DNA from: Octopus bimaculoides
Lineage: Eukaryota
Direction of reading: 5' to 3'
Assembly (NCBI RefSeq): GCF_001194135.2
Contig: NC_068988.1
Coordinates: 85,393,604-85,457,603, forward strand
Length of the DNA: 64,000 nucleotides
In this document: positions 12,426 to 24,466 of the stretch, piece by piece
How the letters are laid out: each line of letters starts with the position of its first letter
Position numbering within the stretch: position 1 is the first letter of the stretch
Translations under genes and position numbers: made by a program
The notes under the pieces: model-generated
Told to the model about the DNA's origin: nothing
Seen by the model: the letters and a program-made list of their open reading frames with translations, nothing else
Database searches by the model: none

Positions 12426-13592
12426 TTCTGTATTTGAGAGATGAGGATGAGGAATTATGTACATTATTACATTATATACATTTGATGGAAATGTCGATGG
12501 AAATGTTGAAGTTCTGCATAGAAACTATCTACTTCAGAATGGAAACTGATATACATCAACAAGAAGAGGGTTTAGCTATGGGTTTGCCATTATCACCGAT
12601 AATAGCCAATATATATATATATATGGAATACTTTGAGAATTTGGCTTTAGGATCAACACCACTAAAGCCAACCCTGTAGCTGAGATATGCTGATGACACC
12701 TTCCTGGCGCCACCAGGAAGATGTCCAAGTACTGTCAGATCATGTGAACTCAATAAAGCCATCCATACAGTTCTCGATGGAAAAGGAAACAGACAATCAG
12801 CTGGCATTCCTGGACGTATTAGTAACATGCACCAAGTATAGATCCAAGACATCCATATACTGCAAACCAACATTCACTGGACAGTACCTCAACTTCAATT
12901 CCCACCATTCATACAGTGTAAAGAGAGGGATTGCCCAGTGCCTAAAACATCAAGCATAGAATATAAGTTGTGATCGTGATACACAACATAAAGAAATGAT
13001 CAAGCTCAATAACAATCTATTAAGCAACAACTACCCCCAAAAAACATACTATACACTCCGATTATGAAGAGAAGAGAGGATGAAACCTATAAACTGACCA
13101 CAATCTGTCTGCTCTATGTGAAAGGCCTCTCTGAAAAGATAAAAAAGATATGTAGCCATATGACATCAGGACAGTATTCAAGAGTAATACAACATTTTGT
13201 AAATATCTCCTTCAACTAAAACCACCAATAGAAGAGAATGTGACTATGCAGCTGTGGTAGGTTATACAAAGGCGAAACATGCCGCACCTTCAAAACAAGG
13301 GTAGAGGAACATTGCAAAGCTGTGACACAAGGAGATATTGATAAATCAGGTGTAGCTGATCATGTATGGAAAAACGGATCCTAAAGCTTCCTATGGGATG
13401 AAGTTAAAATAACAGACAGAGAAAACCAATGGAAAATACGGAAACTAAAAGAGGCAGTACATATGCTAGGACACAACAACCTCCTAAGCAGACCGAGTGC
13501 AGATATGAGCAGCATATGGAAACCGGTTTTAAGGAAGGATAGGAAAATGTTAGATTTATAAGCCCTAAAATTCACTCCATAATTGTCCAGAG

Positions 13593-13663
13593 GCATATGG
13601 CGTAGTGGTTAAGAGCATGGGCTACTAACCCCAAGATTCTGAGTTCGATTCCAGGCAGTGACC
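13593..13663 (+). other. tRNA-like Pol III head inside the Penelope 3' repeat (not a functional tRNA)
   Basis: Box A TGGCGTAGTGG (13598-13608), anticodon-like arm ggg-ctactaa-ccc, box B GAGTTCGATTCC (13641-13652). No acceptor-stem closure visible. Confidence 0.75.
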
Positions 13664-13733
13664 TAAATAATAATAATAATAATATTGGAAAAATACCTTA
13701 GGAATGAGAACCCAGGTTCAAAATCCCCCCCAA

Positions 13734-13779
13734 GACACCTGATGGAAGCTGAAGAGTACATCAGCTGAAATGTTGTGTT
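13734..13779 (+). ncRNA. Minimal type-I hammerhead ribozyme, degenerate copy
   Basis: gacac-CTGATGG-a-agctg..cagct-GAAAT-GTT-gtgtt: stems I and II intact; A9 and C15.2 mutated. Confidence 0.7.
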
Positions 13780-13865
13780 AACAACAAACAAGATGAGGAC
13801 AAATATCTGTCAAATATAAATAATGTATATATATATATTTATATACATGCATATATCAATATATA

Positions 13866-14225
13866 TTCTTTTATTTGTTTCAGTCATTTGACTGCGGCCA
13901 TGCTGGAGCACCACCTTTAGTCAAACAAATTGACCCCAGAACTTATTCTTTGTAAGCTAGCATTCTATCGTTCTCTTTTGCAAAACCGCTAAGTTACAGG
14001 GGACATGAACACACCAACATTGGTTGTCAAGCAATGGTGGGGGGACAAACACAAACACACACACACACATATACGACAGTTCTCTTTCAGTTTCCATCTA
14101 CCAAATCACAAGGCTTTGGTCGGCCTGAGGCTATAGTAGAAGACACTTGCCCAAAGTGCCAGGCAGTGGGACTGGACCCAGAACCATGTGATTGGTAAGC
14201 AAGCTACTTACCACACACCCACTCC
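13866..14225 (-). mobile_element. SINE family A, full length
   Basis: Reverse complement of the 61246-61625 element. Confidence 0.88.
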
Positions 14226-14280
14226 TATTTGTATTTATATACATGCAAATATATATGTACACACACACACACACACACAC

Positions 14281-14322
<42 letters not shown>

Positions 14323-14345
14323 AGGACAAACAGTAAGTTGTCTTT

Positions 14346-14404
14346 ATAGTACTCGGAGTTCCGAATGTCAGAGCGAAGAGCTACGATGCATTCTCGTCGG
14401 CTAT
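14346..14404 (-). ncRNA. Type-I hammerhead motif, CCGACGA core, long stem II loop
   Basis: Minus strand: atag-CCGACGA-gaatg(21 nt)cattc-GGAAC-tccga-GTA-ctat. Stems I, II and III (ACTC/GAGT) pair. A13 is G here. Confidence 0.7.
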
Positions 14405-14650
14405 TAATGGCGATAGACCCTATGAAAATCCATTGAATAAAAGGCAAGTTACTCTAATAGGTTGAAAAAAGAAAAAAGAAAAAAAATACACACAACCATG
14501 TTCTCACAATACATTGACACAGAACCTCCTGCATTCATAACGTCTACATGCGTACACACTCACACAAACATGTATATGTATATGCACATACACACACAAA
14601 TATATATGTGCATGTATGAGTACATACATAAACAAATATCCACACACACA

Positions 14651-14689
<39 letters not shown>

Positions 14690-14697
14690 TTATATAT

Positions 14698-14731
<34 letters not shown>

Positions 14732-14841
14732 GTGCATGCAACTTCATGTTCATATACACATGGGTGTCTGCATGCATACATATATATTTAGACATTTATA
14801 CATATAAATATACGTGTGTATATATATATATATATATATAT

Positions 14842-15075
14842 TGCACCTCTCCTACCCACGGATTACACTGGACCCATCTTCTGATTGGAAATCGCTTCAA
14901 TATACCACGACGTCTAAAAAACTTTTTTTCTCCTTGTCTCCGTATTCTTTCTGTTGAAGAGCGTAGCTCGAAACGTCAAAGACTTTCCGTATTCCCGAGC
15001 GTCATACTAATATATACTTTTGTTATTTACACCACCTGTCCTCGTCTGTTGTTATTATTTGTAATATTCTCCCAT
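14842..15075 (+). mobile_element. Penelope-type 3'-terminal fragment carrying an HHR, inserted in (TA)n
   Basis: Homologous to 54295-54460 (minus strand); TA repeats on both sides. Confidence 0.65.
14946..14982 (+). ncRNA. Minimal type-I hammerhead, CUGUUGA core variant
   Basis: tcttt-CTGTTGA-a-gagc-gta-gctc-GAAAC-GTC-aaaga. Confidence 0.8.
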
Positions 15076-15138
15076 ATATATATATATACAGGCATACATT
15101 CACACTCCTGCATATACGTATATACATATATATATATT

Positions 15139-15190
<52 letters not shown>

Positions 15191-15499
15191 TATACATCCT
15201 CCTATCACACACCTACACCCGCAGATATACAAACATATGCATATCCGTATAAATGAAGGGGATGTGTGCATGAAAGTTGCACTTATGCACTGGACAGTCT
15301 TACGCTCATATACATACATATACGCATACACATATATACGCACACACACACATATATACATATAAAATATAGATATACATATACATATACTCACACACAC
15401 ATTCACACAATTAAAAAATAAAAAATGAAAAAATACATATAAAAAATAAAAAATGTTAAGACATATGGAAAGCTTGTGCAGGAACATAGTAAAAATGCG

Positions 15500-15830
15500 C
15501 ATTCTATCCATGATCTTGGTGGGGGGCCCAAAACTGTAACAGGTATTTTGTCACCTGTAGACATGATCCAAAAAGTTCACATCTTGAATTTAGACATGTA
15601 GTGGGTCCGAGGAACTTTTCCAGATGAGCTATCTTTCCATGTTACAAAGACTGCATTTACCACAACCTTTGGTATATGGTTAACACTTGGCCAAGCGCTC
15701 TTCCAGTAAATCTTATAGCTGACACTCTGTTCTTCTAGGAACCATATATAACTGGATAATTTGGTAGTTTTTCATTTATCCCAATCTCTGAAGCTTAAGG
15801 TTTGATTGTTGAACCTTGCTTTGATTTTAA
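15500..15830 (-). mobile_element. Penelope-like GIY-YIG endonuclease C-terminal remnant (Cys-rich, Neptune/Naiad-like)
   Basis: Minus-strand frames give KARFNNQTLSFRDWDK*KTTKLSSYIWFLEEQSVSYKIYWK and LAKC*PYTKGCGKCSLCNMER*LIW, matching the F..R..NH..SF / LS.YIW.LK / C.LC..E..I pattern of PLE endonucleases. Confidence 0.8.
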
Positions 15831-17049
15831 ATATATATATATATANNNNNNNNNNNNNNNNNNNNNNNNNNNNNNNNNNNNNNNNNNNNNNNNNNNNNNN
15901 NNNNNNNNNNNNNNNNNNNNNNNNNNNNNNNNNNNNNNNNNNNNNNNNNNNNNNNNNNNNNNNNNNNNNNNNNNNNNNNNNNNNNNNNNNNNNNNNNNNN
16001 NNNNNNNNNNNNNNNNNNNNNNNNNNNNNNNNNNNNNNNNNNNNNNNNNNNNNNNNNNNNNNNNNNNNNNNNNNNNNNNNNNNNNNNNNNNNNNNNNNNN
16101 NNNNNNNNNNNNNNNNNNNNNNNNNNNNNNNNNNNNNNNNNNNNNNNNNNNNNNNNNNNNNNNNNNNNNNNNNNNNNNNNNNNNNNNNNNNNNNNNNNNN
16201 NNNNNNNNNNNNNNNNNNNNNNNNNNNNNNNNNNNNNNNNNNNNNNNNNNNNNNNNNNNNNNNNNNNNNNNNNNNNNNNNNNNNNNNNNNNNNNNNNNNN
16301 NNNNNNNNNNNNNNNNNNNNNNNNNNNNNNNNNNNNNNNNNNNNNNNNNNNNNNNNNNNNNNNNNNNNNNNNNNNNNNNNNNNNNNNNNNNNNNNNNNNN
16401 NNNNNNNNNNNNNNNNNNNNNNNNNNNNNNNNNNNNNNNNNNNNNNNNNNNNNNNNNNNNNNNNNNNNNNNNNNNNNNNNNNNNNNNNNNNNNNNNNNNN
16501 NNNNNNNNNNNNNNNATATATAGAGAGAGAGAGAGAGAGAGTGAGAGAGAGGCTTCTTTGAGTTTTCGTCTACCAAATCTATTCACAAGGCTTTGGTTGG
16601 CTAAAGGCCATAGTAGAAGACACTTGCCCAAAGTGCCATGCAGTGGGACTGAACCTGGAACCATGTGGTTGGGAAGTAAGGTTCTTACCACGCAGCCACA
16701 CCTGTGCCTAGAAAGAGAAAGAGCAGGAGTGAGGGAGGGAGCGTAAAGAAACACAGTTAGATGGGCATACAGATATAAAAGAGAGCATGATGGTGTCAAT
16801 GATATGGTAGTATTCCTCTACAGTACTATTGCTAATGAATGACATACAGTATTCACAGAGAGATACTGTGATGATGACCAGATTGGTCAGTACACACTCC
16901 TTAAGTTGGCAGCTTGGCAGATTGACAACTTGCCAGGTTGCTAATTCATTCATATTTGGCAATGTACTTACTGTCATAACATCCAAAATATGTATTTATA
17001 TGTTTGTGTACGAAGAATGCTACACACACACACATACACACACTATCAT

Positions 17050-17161
17050 GTGTGGCAAGACGCTTGCTTCCCAATCACATGGTTCATGGTTCAGTCCTAA
17101 GCCTTGGGCTAACCAAAGCCCTGAGTGGATTTGGTAGACGGAAACTGAAAGAAGCCTGTTG

Positions 17162-17260
<99 letters not shown>

Positions 17261-17505
17261 GCATATATATAGTGTCTTTGTGTGTATGTTCTTGTCCCCC
17301 ATCCCCCACTACATCACTTGACAACTGGTGCTGGTGTGTTTCCATCCCTGTAACTTAGCAGTTCAGAAAAAGTGAGTGATAGAATAAGTATCAAGCTTTA
17401 AAAAAAAAAAGTACTGGATTCGATACATTTCACTAAAAATTCTTCAAGGCTGGTGCCCCAGTATGGCCGCAGTCCAATGATTGAAGCAAGTAAAAGATAA
17501 GAAAA
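17050..17505 (+). mobile_element. SINE family A with expanded internal (TA)/(CA)n
   Basis: Head, body and tail align to family A. Confidence 0.8.
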
Positions 17506-17525
17506 TGATAACACATACATACATA

Positions 17526-17904
17526 GTCGGCGGTCCGTCGCTTATGACGCCGAGGGTTCCAGTTGATCCGAACAACGGAACAGCCTGCTCGTGAAATTAA
17601 CGTGCAAGTGGCTGAGCACTCCACAGACACGTGTACCCTTAACATAGTTCTCGGGGATATTCAGCGTGACACAGTGTGACAAGGCTGACCCTTTGAATTA
17701 CAGGCACAACAGAAACAGGAAGTAAGAGTGAGAGAAAGTTGTGGTGGAAGAGTACAGCAGGGTTCACCACCATCCCCTGCCGGAGCCTCGTGGAGCTTTA
17801 GGTGTTTTCGCTTAATAAGCACTCACAACGCCCGGTCTGGGAATCGAAACCACGATCCTATGACCGCGAGTCCGCTGCCCTAACCACTGGGCCATTGCGC
17901 CTCA
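17526..17904 (-). mobile_element. SINE family C with 15-bp TSD
   Basis: TSD acacatacatacata at 17511-17525 and 17905-17919. Confidence 0.92.
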
Positions 17905-18138
17905 ACACATACATACATACATGTATATATAGTTATTAATGAGGGATTATCAATCTGGGCAAAACACTTTATAAATACACACACACCGGTCTAACAAAAT
18001 ATTTTAGATTAGTGAAGAATTCCATGTATGTTTATGGCAGGGTTTGAGGTTATAGTTCATTACCATTCTATATTGTAAATTTATGATTGTATTCTCAGTT
18101 AGAATGGGTTTTTTTTTTTACACAAAGACAAGATATAA

Positions 18139-18275
18139 CATATTCCTTTAATGTAGTAAATTCGACTTACAGCTGTTTCTGATAGTCATTTTAGGTTTGT
18201 TCATTGATCAACAAATGAACCTATAATGACTATGGAAACAACTGTAAGTCAAATTTACTGTAATAAAGGAATATG
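18139..18275. repeat. Imperfect inverted-repeat (hairpin) element
   Basis: catattccttta..gacttacagctgtttctgatagtcattttaggtt pairs with aacctataatgactatggaaacaactgtaagtc..taaaggaatatg. Confidence 0.7.
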
Positions 18276-18296
18276 TAATAACCATTATTTATATCA

Positions 18297-18335
<39 letters not shown>

Positions 18336-19113
18336 CCCCCAACATTTCTTGACAACCGATGGTGGTGTGTTTACGTCCTCGTAACTTAGCGGTTTGGCAA
18401 AAGAGAACGATAGAATAAGTACTAGGCTCACAAAAGATTAAGTCCTGAAGTAGATTTGCTTGACTAAAGGCGGTGCTCCAGTATGGCCGCAATCAAATGA
18501 CTGAAACAACTAAAAGAGTAAAAGAGTATATATACAGACACATACACACATGTATTTATACACACACACACACATCTTAAAAGCAAGCCATCATCTGCAA
18601 ACATGTATGACTTTCTAACATTCATAACATATACTATGATTTCTTTAATTATTTTAGGTGCCTATGTTTTTATGAGCAAACACCCTCTTTGACTTGGCAG
18701 TCTTTTACCATACAAAACATCCAAGATGTCACAGCTTGAGGGAAAGAGAACTGCACCAGCACTTGGCTGGTATGCATTTTCAGCTAACTAGTCTAGAACT
18801 AAGTGAAATAAAGTGTCTTCCTCAAAGAACACAAAACACAGCCAATTCCAGGAATTGAACTCATGACATTATAGCCATGAACCAAACATCCTAATGACTT
18901 GAACATTTGCCTTCACAATGCATATGTCTCTCTATATGTATTTCCTTCTCTTCTTTTGATGCACATGACACACCAATGTTGTGATAGCTAGAGATTCCTG
19001 AACAGGAAACATGTAGTAAAAGTGTTTCTGAGACAATTTTATTCAAAGCCTCTTTCTCTGATGAAGTTAAACATAAACTGAAGGTGAATGTTTGGTATAT
19101 GTCAGCTGCTCAC

Positions 19114-19182
19114 AGCATTCTGCCAGTTGAGTAGTATATTTGGAGTAATGTCAAACTGTAAAATCTTTAGATGGTTACTGTA
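19114..19182 (-). CDS. Candidate 69-nt phase-0 internal exon
   Basis: Acceptor cttcttcatcattcatattctgcag|, donor GCT|gtgagc; only phase 0 open: YSNHLKILQFDITPNILLNWQNA. Confidence 0.2.
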
Positions 19183-19316
19183 CTGCAGAATATGAATGAT
19201 GAAGAAGGGTGAGATATTCTGGATGTTTAGTGAGGATACACCAAACTACTAACATGTCAGGAATTATGGACAATTTATTAAAATCTTAAGGGATAATATA
19301 AAGAGAATTATCAGTT

Positions 19317-19354
<38 letters not shown>

Positions 19355-19358
<4 letters not shown>

Positions 19359-20110
19359 GATCCCGCTCGAAAGATTTCATGTGTCGCCCGCACATGAGCC
19401 AGTCCGGGGGCACTGGCAAACGATTCCGCTCGAAACATTTCATGTGTCTTGTGCGGGTGACACATGAAATGTTTCGAGCGGGATCGTTTGCCAGTGNNNN
19501 NNNNNNNNNNNNNNNNNNNNNNNNNNNNNNNNNNNNNNNNNNNNNNNNNNNNNNNNNNNNNNNNNNNNNNNNNNNNNNNNNNNNNNNNNNNNNNNNNNNN
19601 NNNNNNNNNNNNNNNNNNNNNNNNNNNNNNNNNNNNNNNNNNNNNNNNNNNNNNNNNNNNNNNNNNNNNNNNNNNNNNNNNNNNNNNNNNNNNNNNNNNN
19701 NNNNNNNNNNNNNNNNNNNNNNNNNNNNNNNNNNNNNNNNNNNNNNNNNNNNNNNNNNNNNNNNNNNNNNNNNNNNNNNNNNNNNNNNNNNNNNNNNNNN
19801 NNNNNNNNNNNNNNNNNNNNNNNNNNNNNNNNNNNNNNNNNNNNNNNNNNNNNNNNNNNNGGCTCTTGTGCGGGTGGCACAGAAAAGACACCATTTCGAG
19901 CGTGGCCGTTTTCGTGCGGGTGACACGTAAAAGCACCCACTACACTCTCTGAGTGGTTGGCGTTAGGAAGGGCATCCAGCTGTAGAAACTCTGCCAAATT
20001 AGATTGGAGCCTGGTGTTGCCATCCGGTTTCACCAGTCCTCAGTCAAATCGTCCAACCCATGCTAGCATGGAAAGCGGACGTTAAACGATGATGATGATG
20101 ATGATGATGA
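19355..20110 (+). mobile_element. SINE-like family B (internal ~60-bp tandem units; tail ..catggaaagcggacgttaaacgatgatga) with inverted 5' segment
   Basis: Shared 3' block cactacactctc.gagtggttggcgttaggaagggcatccagctgtagaaac; (GAT)n tail. Confidence 0.8.
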
Positions 20111-20399
20111 TGATATATATACATATAAGGTGGCAGGCTGGCAGCATTGTAAGCACACCAGGCAAAAATGCTTAGTGGCATTTCTTCTGTCATTATGTTT
20201 TTGCTGAGGTCGACTTTACCTTTCATCCTTTTGGAGTCAATAAAATAAGTACCAGTTGAGTACTGGGGTCAGTATAATTGATTTACCCCCTCCCCTGAGC
20301 TCACTAGCCTTGAGCCAAAATTTGAAACCAATATGTATGTGTATGTGTGTGTATGTCAATATGTACACAGAAACACACACATGTGAATGTATACACATG

Positions 20400-20433
<34 letters not shown>

Positions 20434-21718
20434 TACATTACAAGCACAAACACACAATTTCATGTAAAATTTGCTGGTTAATTACATATCATTTTCTTCT
20501 TAATTTTTAGTATATTACTGGACAATTTCAGCAACAAATAAAATGAACATTTATTTGGTTTGTAATGAATAAGGTGATTCTGGAAGCTTCCACTTTTGTA
20601 ATGCCTTGAAATGATGGTAGTCAGAGCTTTCTCCAAACAACTGATGTCAAAAGAGTCAAATGTATTCAAGTTATTCTTGCCATTTCAGCCATTTTAATGA
20701 ATGTATCTACAATCAAATTCCAGTATAATTATTTTCTATTACTTTTAATTATATAACAAAATCTTTCAATAAATAAATCTTCATTGTAGATCAAATTTGT
20801 AAAAAGATAGTTTGTTTTCTTTTTTTTTTTAATTAAGCACAGTGAAAGGACACTATTTGTTGATTTCATAATCAACTATATTAGCCTATGAATGATCTAA
20901 TTAAATTTTTCTTAATTAACATGAGACCGGTTGTTATCATTGAATAATTCAAAGTCTGTGAAAGTTGTTGCTGGAATGTATGAATCTGGCTAAGCTTGGA
21001 TAATTGAAGAATAACATCAAAGAGAATTGATAAACTACATAAGGGATAAGTCAAACAATTGTCATGGCGAAAGATCAATGAAAAAACAAAATAAGGCAGA
21101 CTGATTGGTACTTAAATATATTATGTGCAAGATCAAAAAAAAAAAAAAAAAAAAAAGCATAGCAAACATGACTTTCAGAAACATGTTTTTCCATGCATGG
21201 AATAAACTACTCATATCAGTTGTTAGTGATCTTTTCACTGTAAACTTAAAAAATTCTATGCTTCCTGACATTTGCCAACGCTAGTCTTGACATGCTTAAG
21301 CACTCTGTCCTTTTTATGGCACTTTTACTGATCACTTTTCTTTTTGTACTTTATCCTGTGTATTATGCATGGGCTTTTATCTATCATTGCTGTCTTTCTT
21401 TACTTGACTTATTACTACTTTTTGTCCTCTCTTTTACTCTTGTTCCAAAGAGTTGTAGTGCATTTGAGCATTGTATATATTAAGCACAAGGTGGTGAGCT
21501 GGCAAAATCATTAGCACACTGGATAAAAAGTTTAGTGGCTTTTCATCTGTCTTTTCATCTGAGCTCAAATTCTGTTGAGGTCGACTTTGCCTTCAATCCT
21601 TTCGAGGTCGATAAAATGAGTACCAGTTGAACACTGGGGTCATTGGAATCAATGTATCGTGCCTCTGAAATTGCTGGCCTTGTGCCAAAATTCAAAGCCA
21701 TTATTACTACTGCTGCTG

Positions 21719-21757
<39 letters not shown>

Positions 21758-21928
21758 GAATCATCAGCAAACTGGGACTTCCGAATCTGAGTTCAATTGC
21801 TACTGAAATCAACTTTGCCTTTCATAGTTTCAAGGTCGATGAAATAAGTACCATTTGAGCACTGGGCTTGATGTAACCAACAAGCTCCCTCCCACAAAAT
21901 TTCACACTGTGTATAATAGAAATAATTA

Positions 21929-21966
<38 letters not shown>

Positions 21967-22516
21967 AATCAAAACATACTTTATTCTTGCTTTATTATAT
22001 AATCGCTACGTATATAACACAGCCACAATACCTTACTTACGGACAATATTTTGAAACATTGTAAGCTATTGCTTAGTATGTGAATTTTATTAATTGCCAA
22101 GGTTTTTTTTTTTTTTGGTTTTAACTGGCTGGACCTAGAGTAGGGGTTGGTAAATTGTGACCCCCTTCATGGAGTTGTTGATAACTTATCAATCATCCGC
22201 AATGTAAATTTCTAAAATAAAATTAGAAAGTATAATTAATAAGAAATTTCTTGATTTAAAAACAATTCCTTCCTTCATTTGTGACAGTAATACTTTCTAA
22301 TAAGAGATATTCAATGAAATTGAATGAAAATACTTAATGAGATTGATCATAAAGAATTAAAAATACAGTAATATTCTATTGATATTGTCAGAATATTTAA
22401 TGTGAAACAAGTGTTAGGTGAATATTTGCTATTACATCGATATTTGGCTGGAAATTAGTGAGATTTTGCCTTAAATTACTATGCTCGTCAGATCTAGTTC
22501 ACTAATAATTCGGCAC

Positions 22517-22745
22517 TCTTATTTCTTTATTGCCCACAAGGGGCTAAACACAGAGGGGACAAACAAGGACATACAAAGGGATTAAGTCGATTACATCAAC
22601 CCCAGTGCGTAACTGGTACTTATTTAATTGACCCCGAAAGGATGAAAGGCTAAGTCGACCTCGGCGGAATTTGAACTCAGAACGTAAAGACAGACGAAAT
22701 ACCGCTAAGCATTTCGCCCGGCGTGCTAACGTTTCTGCCAGCTTG
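22517..22745 (-). mobile_element. tRNA-derived SINE family D (gcctttcatcctttcggggtc core), young subfamily
   Basis: Near-identical to 59245-59465 including the 3' extension. Older copies near 4480-4705, 20125-20330, 21487-21710, 21760-21920, 38565-38690, 48120-48320, 52135-52345, 60712-60935. Confidence 0.88.
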
Positions 22746-22869
22746 CTGTCTTTTAATACTCTTAATAACCAAAATCATCTCAGGTGTTTATCAGACCCCA
22801 TGGAAAGCCAAATAGAATACCAAGAGTCAACAATGACCACTTTGTCAACCAATGAGTCAAGAAGAAGGG

Positions 22870-23380
22870 CAGTTCCCATAACCTTTATAGGCCTTCCTAG
22901 ACTGCTATGACTGATGCTATTAATGTTTTTCTTGAACCTTTGTATGTCAATAGTTGCAGAGAAAATATGAAGAGAGAGAAAATTCCAGAAGGATGAACTT
23001 CTGTGGAAGAAGGACTGAAAATAGTGATTAGACTGAGGATTGGGGGCTGGACACAACAAAGATGATAAAAAAAGAAGAGATTAGCATATCAGGAATACCT
23101 GTGGTTAATTGTATATGAATTTCAATCATTAATGCTATGGAACTAAGTGCTACCCAATTGTTTATCAATACAAGACGAGGTGGAGAAGACAGAAGTGGTG
23201 GGTAGATGGGTAGGGGATAAGCACAAAGTGTTGAATGCTGGTGACTAGTGTAGATGTAGGTGACCCCCAAAAAATGAACCCAGCAGGTACCAGATGAACT
23301 GGAAAAGGTAGAAGCACTATGTAGACTGTCTAGAGAAGAATCATGAGTGACAAATGAATACTTGCGGGTCAAATGTCCAA
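22870..23380 (-). mobile_element. Old CR1/L2/Jockey-type LINE 3' remnant
   Basis: SFFHRSSSFWNFLSLHIFSATIDIQRFKKNINS resembles the SFF.R....WN.LP....FK C-terminal motif. Confidence 0.6.
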
Positions 23381-23636
23381 GTTTTAATTTTTTTTTTGGG
23401 GGGTGGATGGATGGAAGGAAGGAGTGCAGGGGTGGATGAGGAAGAGAGTTAAATTCAGACGACAACACAGAGAGAGATCTGTTTGTTTACGGGAAAGGAG
23501 GTAAGTAGACCAACACTATTAAGACACATCCTCAGATGTCAGGGGAATGATAAGAAAGAACCAACTGTGGCAGTAGCAGCAGCCGCAGAAGCAGCAGCCT
23601 TAAGAGCAACAACAATCATTACATTATATCAAACCT

Positions 23637-23675
<39 letters not shown>

Positions 23676-24304
23676 TTACATGTGCAATAGCTCAGTGTTT
23701 ACATTGGAGATCGATTCATAGATTATTGTTAATCCAACAACTACAACTGCTGCTGCAACTACTACTACTACTACAACTATTACCACCACCATCACCATCC
23801 ACCACCATCCACCACCACCAACACAGCTACTGCCATTGCTCCTGTTCATGCTACTGGCGGTTTCAACATCAGAACGAAGATGGGGTACACAAGAAATCTG
23901 CCAGCTCAATCGGTGCACATTATCCTAAATGGCAATATGTATAAGTATGTATGTGTTTATATATACATGTGTGTGTATGTATATATATATATATATATAT
24001 ATNNNNNNNNNNNNNNNNNNNNNNNNNNNNNNNNNNNNNNNNNNNNNNNNNNNNNNNNNNNNNNNNNNNNNNNNNNNNNNNNNNNNNNNNNNNNNNNNNN
24101 NNNNNNNNNNNNNNNNNNNNNNNNNNNNNNNNNNNNNNNNNNNNNNNNNNNNNNNNNNNNNNNNNNNNNNNNNNNNNNTGTATACATTCCATTTCGAAAT
24201 TATCCCTAATTGTGGTGTAGAGCTTTGGCTGCTCTTTCTAGCAGGTCAGATGTCCTATTATAGGCCTCTCTGATGTGTATTAAATGTAGACTGTATTTTA
24301 AATG

Positions 24305-24341
<37 letters not shown>

Positions 24342-24394
24342 AACATGTGTGAATGAGTGTGTATACATACATACACTCACATACACACACACTC

Positions 24395-24466
<72 letters not shown>

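Larger units (their letters stand above)
12421..13830 (+). mobile_element. Degenerate Penelope-like retroelement (RT + GIY-YIG endonuclease) with short inverted terminal segment and 3' tRNA-like/HHR cassette
   Basis: Frame-broken peptides GLAMGLPLSPIIANIYMEYFE, LRYADDTF, EKETDNQLAFLDVLV..IYCKPTFTGQYLNFNSHH (PLE RT) and CGRLYKGETCRTFKTRVEEH..KSGVADHVW..WDEVKITDRE..KIRKLKEA (GIY-YIG). Left end (acagttctgtatttgagagatgagg..tacattatt) is an inverted copy of 3'-end sequence. Both flanks are (TA)n. Confidence 0.92.

Noticed and set aside
19053-19095. CTGATGA-agtt..aact-GAAG hammerhead-like match
   Set aside because: No GAAA, stem III, NUH site or stem I partner; likely chance.
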